From: Bacteroidota bacterium
GTDB lineage: Bacteria; Bacteroidota; Bacteroidia; Chitinophagales; LD1
Assembly: GCA_040387015.1 (NCBI GenBank)
Contig: JAZKEP010000183.1
Location: 1-56,269 of the forward strand
Direction of reading: 5' to 3'
Length of the DNA stretch: 56,269 nt
In this document: positions 17,032-26,079 of the stretch, piece by piece
How positions within the stretch are numbered: the first letter of the stretch is position 1
How the letters are laid out: each line of letters opens with the position of its first letter
Made by a program: the position numbers and the translations under genes
The notes under the pieces: model-generated
The model's input: the letters and a program-made list of their open reading frames with translations, nothing else
Database searches by the model: none
What the model was told of the DNA's origin: nothing

Positions 17032-19395
17032 ATGAAAAAGCAATTACTTCCCGTTTTTATTTTTTTGATATCTATCAGTCATGTTTCAGCGCAGTGCAAT
17101 GTTGGTGAAGTGGAAGTGGGTTTCACTATCCATACCGATGCATACGGCAATGAATTGTACTGGCAGTTAGTTCCTGCCGGTAATGCCTGCAATAACGGGC
17201 AAATTGCCAGCGGAGGAAATACTTTAGTGGGCTGCAACGGAGGCAATGCACAAAATAGTCCTGCCGGAGGCTATGCCAGCAACTCTGTTATCAATGCCGG
17301 CCCTTGGTGTTTAAACCAGGGCACCAGCTATGACCTGTTGATGGTAGATGACTGGGACGATGGCGCCAACCGCTTTGAAATCAGCATCAATGGCTACCCG
17401 ATGTATGATTACACTACACATGGAGGCACAGGCGGTGATGAAAAGTTTACGTTTATAGCGGCTCCTCCTTTAGCTTACAATATGGGTGTTACTCATATCA
17501 CCACTCCGCGTTATGTTTTCTTTGGCTTAACGGAAGTGAAGGGCACCATAAAAAACTTTTCATCCAACACCATTAACTCATTCACACTTAACTACAGCGT
17601 TAATAACGGAGCAGCCGTTTCATCGAATCTTACTGGCTTAAATATTCCCCCTTTTACAACGTACGATTTCGTTCACCCTACTTTATGGTCAACGCCTGAT
17701 ACAGGTGAACACAGCCTGCGGGTTTGGGCTGCCAATTTGAACGGAAATGCAGATATGAATTTATCGAATGATGCGCTTACCGAAAGCATTGTAGTGCTTC
17801 AGCCTATTCCCGATTTAATTGAGCAGTATCTCACCACCACTCCCGTGCTTACAAACATTGCTACTTCCGCCAATAGCGTAAGCATTCCCCGCGATTTAGA
17901 TTTTCATCCCGATTTAAGAAGGTATGAACTGTGGACTATATTGAAAGAAACCGAAAACACGGGTGGCAAAACAGTAACAGTTTACAACGCAGGTAAGCAG
18001 AACCAAACTTCGGTATTAAAGCAGGATGGTAACGCCTGGCACTTTATGAGTTTGCCAACCGCTATTGCATTTAGCGATAACGGAAACTTTGGTACTTCGC
18101 CCGGAGTGTATGATGCCAACCACGATGGCGGGATGCCTTTTACCGGCCCTGCACTTTGGTCAAGCGACCCTGCCATTTATGCGCAGCCAACGGGGCTTAA
18201 CGGCAGCCACTACGATATGCTGCATGAAAGTCCTTACAGCATGGGTATTTGCCACGAAAAGGACAATGCGTTTTGGGTGATGGATGCCAATTCGAGCGAT
18301 GTAGTGCGCTATGATTTTAGAGGCGAGCACGTGCCCGGGGGCAGCGATCACAGCGATGGAATTATCTGGCGATATCCCGCTATTGATTTTCAGCACGACC
18401 CGAACTATCATGTGCCCAGCCATTGTGTGTTAGATAAAAGCACCAACTGGCTTTACATGGTTGACTATGGCGGCAAGCGGGTTATTAAAATGGATATTAC
18501 CAGCGGCACACCCGGCAGCGCTTTAACTCCGCATGAAGCCACAGCCGAGTACCGCAACTATAATAACCCGAATTTTTCTGTGGCTATTGACAACGGATTA
18601 GACCAGCCCTGCGGCATTGAAGTTTTCAAAAACCGATTGCTCGTAAGCGATTATGCCAATGGCGATATCCGCATTTACGATATAACGGGTGGCAATACTG
18701 CTTACCTTGGCAAAGTGCAAACAGGTGCTGCGGGAATCATGGGTATTAAAGTGGGGCCCGATGGAAAAATATGGTATGTAAACGCTACGCAGAATCGCGT
18801 GGTGCGTGTGGACGGGCCTGCGCAAATTACCAATCAGCTTAACTGCGATTCGTTTTGTGTGGCAAGCGTAACCTACGATGCTGGCTACCTTGATGTTACC
18901 ATTCTGAATAAGGATACCAACCACATCAACTATCCGATTGTGCAGGTGATTGCTGCCAATGGCGACACCGTGGCGAACGCACAGCGCTCTTTCAATTATT
19001 ACGCACAACTGCCCAATTCTTCGCAGGTGTATCACATTCCCACGCAGCTAACTTCCTTCCCGGCTAACTTCAGCGGCCATATTCGTTTAGAAGACGGGCT
19101 CTTTCACAACTCCTGCATCATCGGCTTTTGCAACGGAATTATTTCTTCCATTGAAGAAACAAATGATTTTGCTGTTCAGCTATTTCCTAATCCTGCTTCG
19201 AACCGGGTTTATATCACTTCTTCTTCATCGCTTGCTAATGCATTCATCACCCTGCACGATTTGCAGGGAAGAAAAATGGCGGAGTGGAAAAATACGGGCG
19301 AGTTGATTTTACCTTCAGGCATTTCGAAAGGAATGTACCTGCTGCGCCTAAAATCTTCCGGCTTCGAAAAATCTTTCAAGCTGCAGGTGGAATAA
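17032..19395 (+). CDS. large secreted protein with beta-propeller (NHL-like) region and T9SS C-terminal sorting domain
   Basis: Start chosen at MKKQLLPVFIFLISISHVSAQ (signal peptide). The central region has propeller-like repeats (GDIRIYDITGG, KIWYVNATQNRVVRVDG). The C-terminal LFPNPASNRVYITS...SFKLQVE is a T9SS CTD pattern. Confidence 0.75.
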   Translation: MKKQLLPVFIFLISISHVSAQCNVGEVEVGFTIHTDAYGNELYWQLVPAGNACNNGQIASGGNTLVGCNGGNAQNSPAGGYASNSVINAGPWCLNQGTSYDLLMVDDWDDGANRFEISINGYPMYDYTTHGGTGGDEKFTFIAAPPLAYNMGVTHITTPRYVFFGLTEVKGTIKNFSSNTINSFTLNYSVNNGAAVSSNLTGLNIPPFTTYDFVHPTLWSTPDTGEHSLRVWAANLNGNADMNLSNDALTESIVVLQPIPDLIEQYLTTTPVLTNIATSANSVSIPRDLDFHPDLRRYELWTILKETENTGGKTVTVYNAGKQNQTSVLKQDGNAWHFMSLPTAIAFSDNGNFGTSPGVYDANHDGGMPFTGPALWSSDPAIYAQPTGLNGSHYDMLHESPYSMGICHEKDNAFWVMDANSSDVVRYDFRGEHVPGGSDHSDGIIWRYPAIDFQHDPNYHVPSHCVLDKSTNWLYMVDYGGKRVIKMDITSGTPGSALTPHEATAEYRNYNNPNFSVAIDNGLDQPCGIEVFKNRLLVSDYANGDIRIYDITGGNTAYLGKVQTGAAGIMGIKVGPDGKIWYVNATQNRVVRVDGPAQITNQLNCDSFCVASVTYDAGYLDVTILNKDTNHINYPIVQVIAANGDTVANAQRSFNYYAQLPNSSQVYHIPTQLTSFPANFSGHIRLEDGLFHNSCIIGFCNGIISSIEETNDFAVQLFPNPASNRVYITSSSSLANAFITLHDLQGRKMAEWKNTGELILPSGISKGMYLLRLKSSGFEKSFKLQVE

Positions 19396-19406
19396 CTTCC
19401 ACTTCA

Positions 19407-19658
19407 TCAGGAAATTCGTGTAACCGTCCAGCCGCCCGGTGCGCTCAATACTTTTTCGCAAACAAATTTCCGGTTGGTGGCCCGCTCGATGGTGCGGCAT
19501 AGTTGTGAAGGAACGGCACTTTTCCAGGTCCAGTCTTTAGGTTCTATTAATAGAATCTCTTTTACTTCCAACTGCGTGATTAAAGTGCGAACGTTTCCTT
19601 GCCTTGACAGGGTGCGGGTGTTTAAAGCTGCTTTTTCGGCTTCAGTTATCTTTTTCAT
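19407..19658 (-). CDS. hypothetical small protein (83 aa)
   Basis: An ORF only, with no recognised motif. It is convergent with the T9SS gene and divergent from the 21-bp array. Confidence 0.4.
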   Translation of the reverse strand: MKKITEAEKAALNTRTLSRQGNVRTLITQLEVKEILLIEPKDWTWKSAVPSQLCRTIERATNRKFVCEKVLSAPGGWTVTRIS

Positions 19659-19750
19659 AAGCTCAGTGGTATGAACGGATGATTAAAAACAGTAGAATTT
19701 ATGTTCAAATATGCAAAATCTTATGTCAAAAGAGCAAAACCTTTCTTCCG

Positions 19751-19981
19751 TTGTGTAAAACCTGCACAGTTATGCACAGCAGACCTACAGTTATGCATAA
19801 CAGACCTACAGTTACAAACAACAGACCTATGGTTAAACATAACAGACCCACAGTTATGAATAGCAGACCTACAAATATCAATGACAGACCCATAGCAAGG
19901 CACAGCAGACCTATAGTTACAAATAACAGACCCACGGTTAAGCACAACAGACCTACGGTTAGGCACAACAGACCTAAAAAC
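19751..19981. repeat. tandem array, exact 21-bp period, 10 units plus a degenerate leading unit (consensus about CAYAACAGACCTACRGTTAYR)
   Basis: CAGACC occurs at 19780, 19801, 19822, 19843, 19864, 19885, 19906, 19927, 19948 and 19969. Confidence 0.9.
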
Positions 19982-20124
19982 CGGGTATTTTATGGCGGAA
20001 GTCATATATATGACAGCGGGGCGGGCTGGTATTAAAAACCGCGGATTGGGCAACCCCCTTTTTAGGGTATTTTGTTAAGAAGGCGGGTAGAACAATTGCA
20101 GGGCCTCGGATTAAAAGGAAAACA

Positions 20125-20132
20125 TAATTTTG
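20125..20132 (+). promoter_or_regulatory. TAnnTTTG -7 box candidate (TAATTTTG) for the AidB-like gene
   Basis: A perfect match 22 nt upstream of the ATG at 20154. Confidence 0.4.
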
Positions 20133-20153
20133 TAGAACAGAACTTTCAATACT

Positions 20154-21842
20154 ATGTCAGCACCAACGCCCTATTCGGATTTTCTTCAGCCGCTTCCTAA
20201 GCTGAACAATGAATTTACCGATGACTCTTTTTTGCAGGATTATCTGAAAACCTATTTCCCTGCCGCTGCGCTGAAAGAAATTACACCCGACCTGGAGCAG
20301 TTTGGCAAGCGCGTGGCCAATGAATTTATTGAATGGGCGCGCGATGCCGAAGTAAACAAACCGCAGTTGACACAGTTTGATGCATGGGGCAAGCGGATAG
20401 ATGAAATAAAAGTATCGCAGGGTTGGCTGAAGCTGGAACGGGTGGCTGCCGAAGATGGTTTGGTGGCCATTGGTTACGAGCGCAAATACGCGGAGCACTC
20501 CCGCTTATATCAATTTGTAAAGTTATATCTGTACACCGCATCGTCTGCCATTTATACCTGTCCGCTGGCCATGACCGATGGGGCCGCGCGACTGATAGAA
20601 GTGTATGGCGATGATTTTTTAAAAGAGCATGCTTATAAAGGATTGACCTCGCGAAATCCTGCCACATTTAAAACCAGCGGGCAATGGATGACCGAGCGCA
20701 CGGGCGGCTCCGATGTGTCCCGCTCCATGACTTTTGCATCACCGGCAAAAGACGGCTACATTCTGAAAGGGCATAAATGGTTTACTTCTGCTATTACTGC
20801 AAACATGGCTTTCACGCTGGCCTCTACCGAGCAACCCGCAGCGGGGAAACGCGCACCGCTTTCGCTTTTTTATTTGCCTATAAGAAATGAAGACGGCACT
20901 CTGAATGGAATTGAAGTGGAAGCACTGAAAGATAAGCTGGGCACCCGTGCTTTGCCTACCGCACAACTGATGCTTACAGGTGCAAAGGCGCATTTGGTTG
21001 GTGAACCCGGAAAAGGAGTAAAAACTATTTCTACGCTATTTAATATCACGCGCATTTATAATACCGTCAGCGCGGTTTCGTATCTGCGAAGAAGTTATTC
21101 GCTGTCGAAGGCTTACAGTTCGCAGCGCGAAGCTTTTGGACAAAAAATAGAAAATCACCCATTGCATAAAAAGAGTTTGCGCGAAATGGAAATAGCCCAT
21201 CAAAGCAATACCATGCTGGCGCTTTTCTTAACGCAGCTTCTCGGAAAGGAGGAATGCAATACGGCTTCGGAGTCGGAAAAATCGCTGCTGCGGGTACTCA
21301 CTCCGGTGGCAAAACTTTATACGGCTAAACAGGCTATCAAATATGCATCGGAACTGATTGAAATGTTTGGCGGCATTGGCTACCTGGAGGATAGCGGCAT
21401 ACCCGCCATACTGCGCGATGTGCAGGTGCTCAGTATCTGGGAAGGAACAACCAATGTATTGTCGCTGGATATGTTGCGCGCCATTGAGAAAGAAAATGGA
21501 TTGGAAGCATTCAGAGAGTTTGCCGAAAAAATTTTGGCAGAAATAAATACACCTGAGTTAGCGGAACAAAAAAACATGGTTCGCCAGAAAGTAAATACTC
21601 TTTTAAGCTTTGCAGAAAACGTAAATGGCACCGAAGCAATGATTGCCTCTGCCCGCGATTTTGCTTTCTACTTAGCCGAAGCAGCTATTGCTTTGCTGTG
21701 GCTTGACTTTTTGAGAACAAATAGCAATGCCTCAAACTATCTCAATACGCTTAACTATTGGCTGCAATACAGAATGAATGAAAAAGATCTTCACGCTGCC
21801 GAGGAACTGGAATTTGTAAAGCAGCCTGCCGAAACACATTAA
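20154..21842 (+). CDS. acyl-CoA dehydrogenase family protein, AidB-like
   Basis: 562-aa ORF with MTERTGGSDVS, WFTSA and FGGIGYLEDSGIPAILRDVQVLSIWEGTTNVLSLD. The long N- and C-terminal extensions are typical of the AidB subgroup. Confidence 0.85.
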   Translation: MSAPTPYSDFLQPLPKLNNEFTDDSFLQDYLKTYFPAAALKEITPDLEQFGKRVANEFIEWARDAEVNKPQLTQFDAWGKRIDEIKVSQGWLKLERVAAEDGLVAIGYERKYAEHSRLYQFVKLYLYTASSAIYTCPLAMTDGAARLIEVYGDDFLKEHAYKGLTSRNPATFKTSGQWMTERTGGSDVSRSMTFASPAKDGYILKGHKWFTSAITANMAFTLASTEQPAAGKRAPLSLFYLPIRNEDGTLNGIEVEALKDKLGTRALPTAQLMLTGAKAHLVGEPGKGVKTISTLFNITRIYNTVSAVSYLRRSYSLSKAYSSQREAFGQKIENHPLHKKSLREMEIAHQSNTMLALFLTQLLGKEECNTASESEKSLLRVLTPVAKLYTAKQAIKYASELIEMFGGIGYLEDSGIPAILRDVQVLSIWEGTTNVLSLDMLRAIEKENGLEAFREFAEKILAEINTPELAEQKNMVRQKVNTLLSFAENVNGTEAMIASARDFAFYLAEAAIALLWLDFLRTNSNASNYLNTLNYWLQYRMNEKDLHAAEELEFVKQPAETH

Positions 21843-21846
21843 AAAA

Positions 21847-21875
21847 AACGTTCCACCCTTTTGGAGTGGAACGTT
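21847..21875. terminator. bidirectional rho-independent terminator hairpin
   Basis: AACGTTCCAC (21847-21856) pairs with GTGGAACGTT (21866-21875) around a 9-nt loop. An A8 run precedes it on the plus strand, giving a U-tract for the minus-strand transcript. It lies between the convergent stops at 21842 and 21913. Confidence 0.7.
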
Positions 21876-21912
21876 TCATGGTAATTCCAATTAAGGAATT
21901 TTTTGAGGTGGT

Positions 21913-24900
21913 TTATTGCACCACAAATCTCTTGGTAATCTTATCTGTTTTCTTGTTCAGGTCGGTGATGGTAGCAAAGTAAATACCCTTGCTGAAGTCT
22001 TCTACATTGAAGATAACGTTATCGTCAAACTTAGCTGTAGTAATTGTTCTTCCTGATATATCCGTAATCACCACTTCATGCTCACCCGGCTTGCTTACCA
22101 AAATCTGAATTTTATCAGTGGTTGGGTTCGGGAAGATAGTTGCTTCTAATTTCGGATCAATAGTTATTGGTTCAACAGAAGAATAGATAAAGTCTTTATT
22201 ATAAGTAGGAAAGTTGATGCTGGTAGGATGATCAGGCGAGAAGTGAACACGCTGAACGGCTATACGTGGAAACATTTGCTGACCCTGGAAAGTGTAGAAT
22301 TGTCCATCGCCTGGTTTTCTGCGGAAAAACTCTCCGTCTTCTAAAGGCAAATTCGGATTTGCCTGATAACGGGTATAATTTGTAGAGTTAATCAACACAC
22401 GAATTTTATGGCCTGCCGCCCAGTTATAAGCAATAGGCATCATCTTAAACACGTACTCATAAACCTCTCCGATATTAATATTAGAATAAGGAAGGTCTCT
22501 GTCGCCCGGGTCTTCAACACCGTTTACATAAGTTGGTGCTCCTTCTGTTCCCATTTGGTCAACTAAAGCACGTGCCCAGTCTCTTCCACGTGCATTTACA
22601 ATACCTTCCTGAACAAAATAAACTCGTCCATCAGGCCATTCATCACAAATACGAACATCCCAATCGGTATCGGTTGGTCCGCTTGTTACACCACCGGGAT
22701 TTGATTTTGCATAAAGGGTACAAACTGGCATTCCCATAATAGTTATGGAATCGGGAATAACATCACTGTTAAACTGAATAACACCTTCGCGATCCATTGT
22801 AAACGGTGCATTGGTCGGATCGGTCATTTCCATCTGGCTTTGTGAATTTCTGGTGCCATCCGGTGAGCGAACAATCATATTACTTCCACCCACAGTAAGA
22901 ATAGGATCATCCGGATCGCTTACATAGATTTTATATCCTTCATCCTGAATTGGCGGATTGTAGTTGAAAGAACCATCCTGGTGCATATACATTTTCTTCC
23001 ACTGGATGTGCTCATCAGGAGGAAATTTTTCAGAACCTACCCAGTAGTTTCCACTCAAGTGGCTATTCGGATAACCCGCAATAGCATCAGCGGCCGAATC
23101 AGGACCGGCAACATAGAAGCGGTAATTCGGAACATCGTTCAGGAAGTCGCGGAAAGGAATGCTGTCCAAAGCTGCACCGCCTCCGAAAGAAGGTAGAACG
23201 GCTCCGGATCCGGGAACTTTCTGAGCAGGTAGTGGAATAACCTGGCCCAGCGTTCTGAGTTCAATATTCAATCCATCTAAATCTCCATGACCGCCAAGGA
23301 AGTTAACCATATCTACAAAAGGAACTACGAATTGGCTGGAAGGAACGCGTATTTCTACAGGTGCACCAAGTAGTTCACCCAAAGGCTGCCAACGCTGACT
23401 TTCTTCAATAACAAATGAAGGCTCGCCTATTACGTTGCCCGGTTGAAAATTAAGATTATATCGGAACCATGTTACTAGATCCGATTTCACAATGTCATTG
23501 ATTGGCACCTCGTTAATATCAAAATCGGAAAGATCCACTCGCGTTACTTCTGTAACGTTCTTAGGATAAATTCTATCGCCTGACTTACGGCCGGCTATTG
23601 TTTGGTGAGCCCAAGGTCCGATAATAAGTTTTTGCATGTTCTGAACCGCTCCTTTTCCTGCAAGAGCCTTTCTAGCATATTCTAAGTTATTTACTGAACC
23701 TTCAGTAAAAATATCCCACCAGCCCTGAATTTGCAGAACAGGAATATCCTGATTTTCGTAACGGCTGTGTGTAAGGTCCGGAAGTGGCAACTGTGTTGCC
23801 GGGTCAACGGCTTCTCCGTCAGCATTTACAAAAGCGATGCTTCCATCCATATCAGGACGGCCAACAGAATTAGGATAGAAACCAGCGTTAGCTAAGGTCC
23901 CATCTCTTCTATTGTATCTCATGGCCGTAAAGTGGTCAATGGAAAGATTAGCGGCTTCAAACTTATTGTTCTGGAATTGTTTACCGATTCCATTTATAGG
24001 TATAGTCTTCGGAAGGTCGTAGTCGTTTGAAGTATGGATAGAGTTTTGTCTGCAGGTTGCGCAGTTATCAAATGGCATCAAATCATCGTCTGTTCCACTA
24101 AAAATCTGACCTTTCAGCCAGCCCGTAACAATACGATCGCGGAAAACACCGTTGTTGTATCCGGTCGAAATCATGTGTTCGGTAGTTGCAACTACCGGCA
24201 TTAAACATTTCAAACTTGGAAGTGAATCAGAACATCTGTGTGCCAGGGCTAATTGTAATTGTGTATTACCAAGTGCCGAAGCACCAAACATACCGATGGT
24301 GCCGTTATTAATTTTAGTATTTGTGTGTGTGAAATTCTTGAAGAATGAACCGGCAATAGAATCCCATCTTCTAAAAAGTAAAGAGTCGCGTACAATTAAA
24401 ACGCCAGCGCTGTCATCTCTTCCCAGGTTCGATATGTAAGTAGAGTCGAGGTCTTGTATTGCTTTAATAGAATTGTAACCATCTTCATGTCTATTAGAAA
24501 ATTTAGGATCGGTGGCAGGAAGATAATCTAAGATGTGCCCCTCAGGATGATAGGCATTCTTATTCCAGCTATCTGACATCATTGGAAAGTAAACACCTTC
24601 TGATGAATATCTTCCGCGCATATCCTGAAGCATATAGTTATAGCCGAGGATTGGCATAATTCCTCCTAGCTCATCAAAGTCTCCTTTGTCATAAGGAGTT
24701 CTTGTAAACACCGTAGGAAGTTGGTAAGGATTCGGGTTGGGTGCACCGTTAAGTGTAGGATAAAAAATAACCTGTGCGCCTAATGGAATTAAAGTGAAAG
24801 GCTGGGTTACCAAGGTAGATCCCAAAACATTCAGGTTACCCATTGACACAACTAATGAGTCACGTACGCGGGGCATGTAAACATCTGTAAACAATTTAAC

Positions 24901-25038
24901 CCCATCGGGCATTACAAACGGGATAGTATATTTTGTGCTGAACTCTTTAATGTCGTCCAGTTGCCCATTGGGAACTTGTGCGTTGGACGAAAGCACCATC
25001 ATCATAACTGTGATCAGTAGTAGATAAAATTTTTTCAT
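21913..25038 (-). CDS. CocE/NonD (S15 X-Pro dipeptidyl-peptidase-like) family hydrolase with T9SS C-terminal sorting domain
   Basis: 1041-aa ORF with a signal peptide (MKKFYLLLITVMMMVLSSNAQ), a GASALG nucleophile motif (the CocE-type GxSxxG context) and a C-terminal IFPNPTTDKIQILV...KRFVVQ CTD. Confidence 0.75.
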   Translation of the reverse strand: MKKFYLLLITVMMMVLSSNAQVPNGQLDDIKEFSTKYTIPFVMPDGVKLFTDVYMPRVRDSLVVSMGNLNVLGSTLVTQPFTLIPLGAQVIFYPTLNGAPNPNPYQLPTVFTRTPYDKGDFDELGGIMPILGYNYMLQDMRGRYSSEGVYFPMMSDSWNKNAYHPEGHILDYLPATDPKFSNRHEDGYNSIKAIQDLDSTYISNLGRDDSAGVLIVRDSLLFRRWDSIAGSFFKNFTHTNTKINNGTIGMFGASALGNTQLQLALAHRCSDSLPSLKCLMPVVATTEHMISTGYNNGVFRDRIVTGWLKGQIFSGTDDDLMPFDNCATCRQNSIHTSNDYDLPKTIPINGIGKQFQNNKFEAANLSIDHFTAMRYNRRDGTLANAGFYPNSVGRPDMDGSIAFVNADGEAVDPATQLPLPDLTHSRYENQDIPVLQIQGWWDIFTEGSVNNLEYARKALAGKGAVQNMQKLIIGPWAHQTIAGRKSGDRIYPKNVTEVTRVDLSDFDINEVPINDIVKSDLVTWFRYNLNFQPGNVIGEPSFVIEESQRWQPLGELLGAPVEIRVPSSQFVVPFVDMVNFLGGHGDLDGLNIELRTLGQVIPLPAQKVPGSGAVLPSFGGGAALDSIPFRDFLNDVPNYRFYVAGPDSAADAIAGYPNSHLSGNYWVGSEKFPPDEHIQWKKMYMHQDGSFNYNPPIQDEGYKIYVSDPDDPILTVGGSNMIVRSPDGTRNSQSQMEMTDPTNAPFTMDREGVIQFNSDVIPDSITIMGMPVCTLYAKSNPGGVTSGPTDTDWDVRICDEWPDGRVYFVQEGIVNARGRDWARALVDQMGTEGAPTYVNGVEDPGDRDLPYSNINIGEVYEYVFKMMPIAYNWAAGHKIRVLINSTNYTRYQANPNLPLEDGEFFRRKPGDGQFYTFQGQQMFPRIAVQRVHFSPDHPTSINFPTYNKDFIYSSVEPITIDPKLEATIFPNPTTDKIQILVSKPGEHEVVITDISGRTITTAKFDDNVIFNVEDFSKGIYFATITDLNKKTDKITKRFVVQ

Positions 25039-25190
25039 TTGAAACGTTTTGTTGATTTTGAAAAGAGAGCGATTAATTTTTGTTGATTGCTTTGCTAACA
25101 GCCGATAATGATAGTGAGATGTTTTTATAAAAAGAAATTATTTAACCTTAAAGTAAGTCGGGGGCAATAACCAGAACCTTACACTGCCCT

Positions 25191-25838
25191 TTAATTTTCT
25201 GCGGTATTAATAATGCGGTGCACAATTACCGCCAGAAAAGCTCCGGCAACCGGGCCCAAAATGTAAAGCCAAAGTGACTGTAAATTCCCTGTCAACAAAG
25301 CGGGTGCAAGTGAGCGTGTAGGATTCAAACTGGTACCGCTTACAGGCCCCCCGAACAGAACTAAAAACCAAACAGTACCGCCAATGGCAATGCCGGCAGT
25401 AATACCTTTTTCTTTGGCGCCAGTGCTTACCCGTAGTATTACCATCATTAATATAAAAGTCATAAGCACTTCAAGCACGAGCGATTGCATTTGGGTTCCT
25501 GATGGCTGGGTGATGCCGAGTGTGCTGTTTTCGGGGAAAAGAAAATGCAGCGTTGCGCTTGCCGCCAAGGCTCCGAAAAATTGAGACACCAAATAGGCGG
25601 GCACTTCTTTCCACTCAAACCGCTTATCGAAGGCGAAGGCAACCGTTACGGCAGGGTTAATGTGCGTTCCCGAAATATCGCCAAACGAATAGATGAGCGC
25701 AATAATTACAAACCCCCAAACTGCCGCTATACCCGGAAGGCCCAGCGCTCCGTTGGTTTGTTGGTTTACTATTACCGCACCGGTGCCTGCAAAAATTAAG
25801 ATGAAGGTTCCGATAAATTCGGTCAGATATTTTTTCAT
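25191..25838 (-). CDS. MIP/aquaporin family channel
   Basis: 215-aa ORF with six hydrophobic helices. The first NPA box is HINPAVT. The second box reads SLNPTRS (NPT instead of NPA). Confidence 0.85.
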   Translation of the reverse strand: MKKYLTEFIGTFILIFAGTGAVIVNQQTNGALGLPGIAAVWGFVIIALIYSFGDISGTHINPAVTVAFAFDKRFEWKEVPAYLVSQFFGALAASATLHFLFPENSTLGITQPSGTQMQSLVLEVLMTFILMMVILRVSTGAKEKGITAGIAIGGTVWFLVLFGGPVSGTSLNPTRSLAPALLTGNLQSLWLYILGPVAGAFLAVIVHRIINTAEN

Positions 25839-25971
25839 ACACTTGACTTTTGATCAAAGTAAATGTATATAGAAAGTTAAAAGAACAAAGCCAATAGTTA
25901 AAAGCGGGCAGGTCTTTATATAAAGAGCTTCCATTACTATCAACTATTCTCCATTCACTATTAACTTTTTG

Positions 25972-25979
25972 TACATTTG
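25972..25979 (+). promoter_or_regulatory. TAnnTTTG -7 box candidate (TACATTTG) for kup
   Basis: A perfect match about 100 nt upstream of the kup ATG at 26080. Confidence 0.35.
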
Positions 25980-26079
25980 CACCCGCTTAATAAAAATATG
26001 AAGTCATCCTGCGCGGGCGATTGTAAAATTTCCTTCTTTCTTTCTTCTCTTCAGTATCATTCTTTAAACAAAACCTGTA

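Noticed and set aside
19679-20053. Three overlapping ORFs (19679-20035 +, 19721-20053 -, 19726-19968 -) across the second 21-bp array, encoding heptapeptide repeats
   Set aside because: A 21-nt unit keeps the same frame in every copy, so any frame lacking a stop in one unit is open through the whole array. Three simultaneous open frames are best explained this way. Only the AGACC core is invariant. I kept the possibility of a repeat peptide as a testable alternative in the findings.
25980-26079. Possible riboswitch (for example c-di-AMP type) in the kup leader
   Set aside because: Only about 100 nt are available. I could not find the paired conserved helices expected, and the sequence is mostly pyrimidine-rich low complexity. 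An Infernal scan would settle it.
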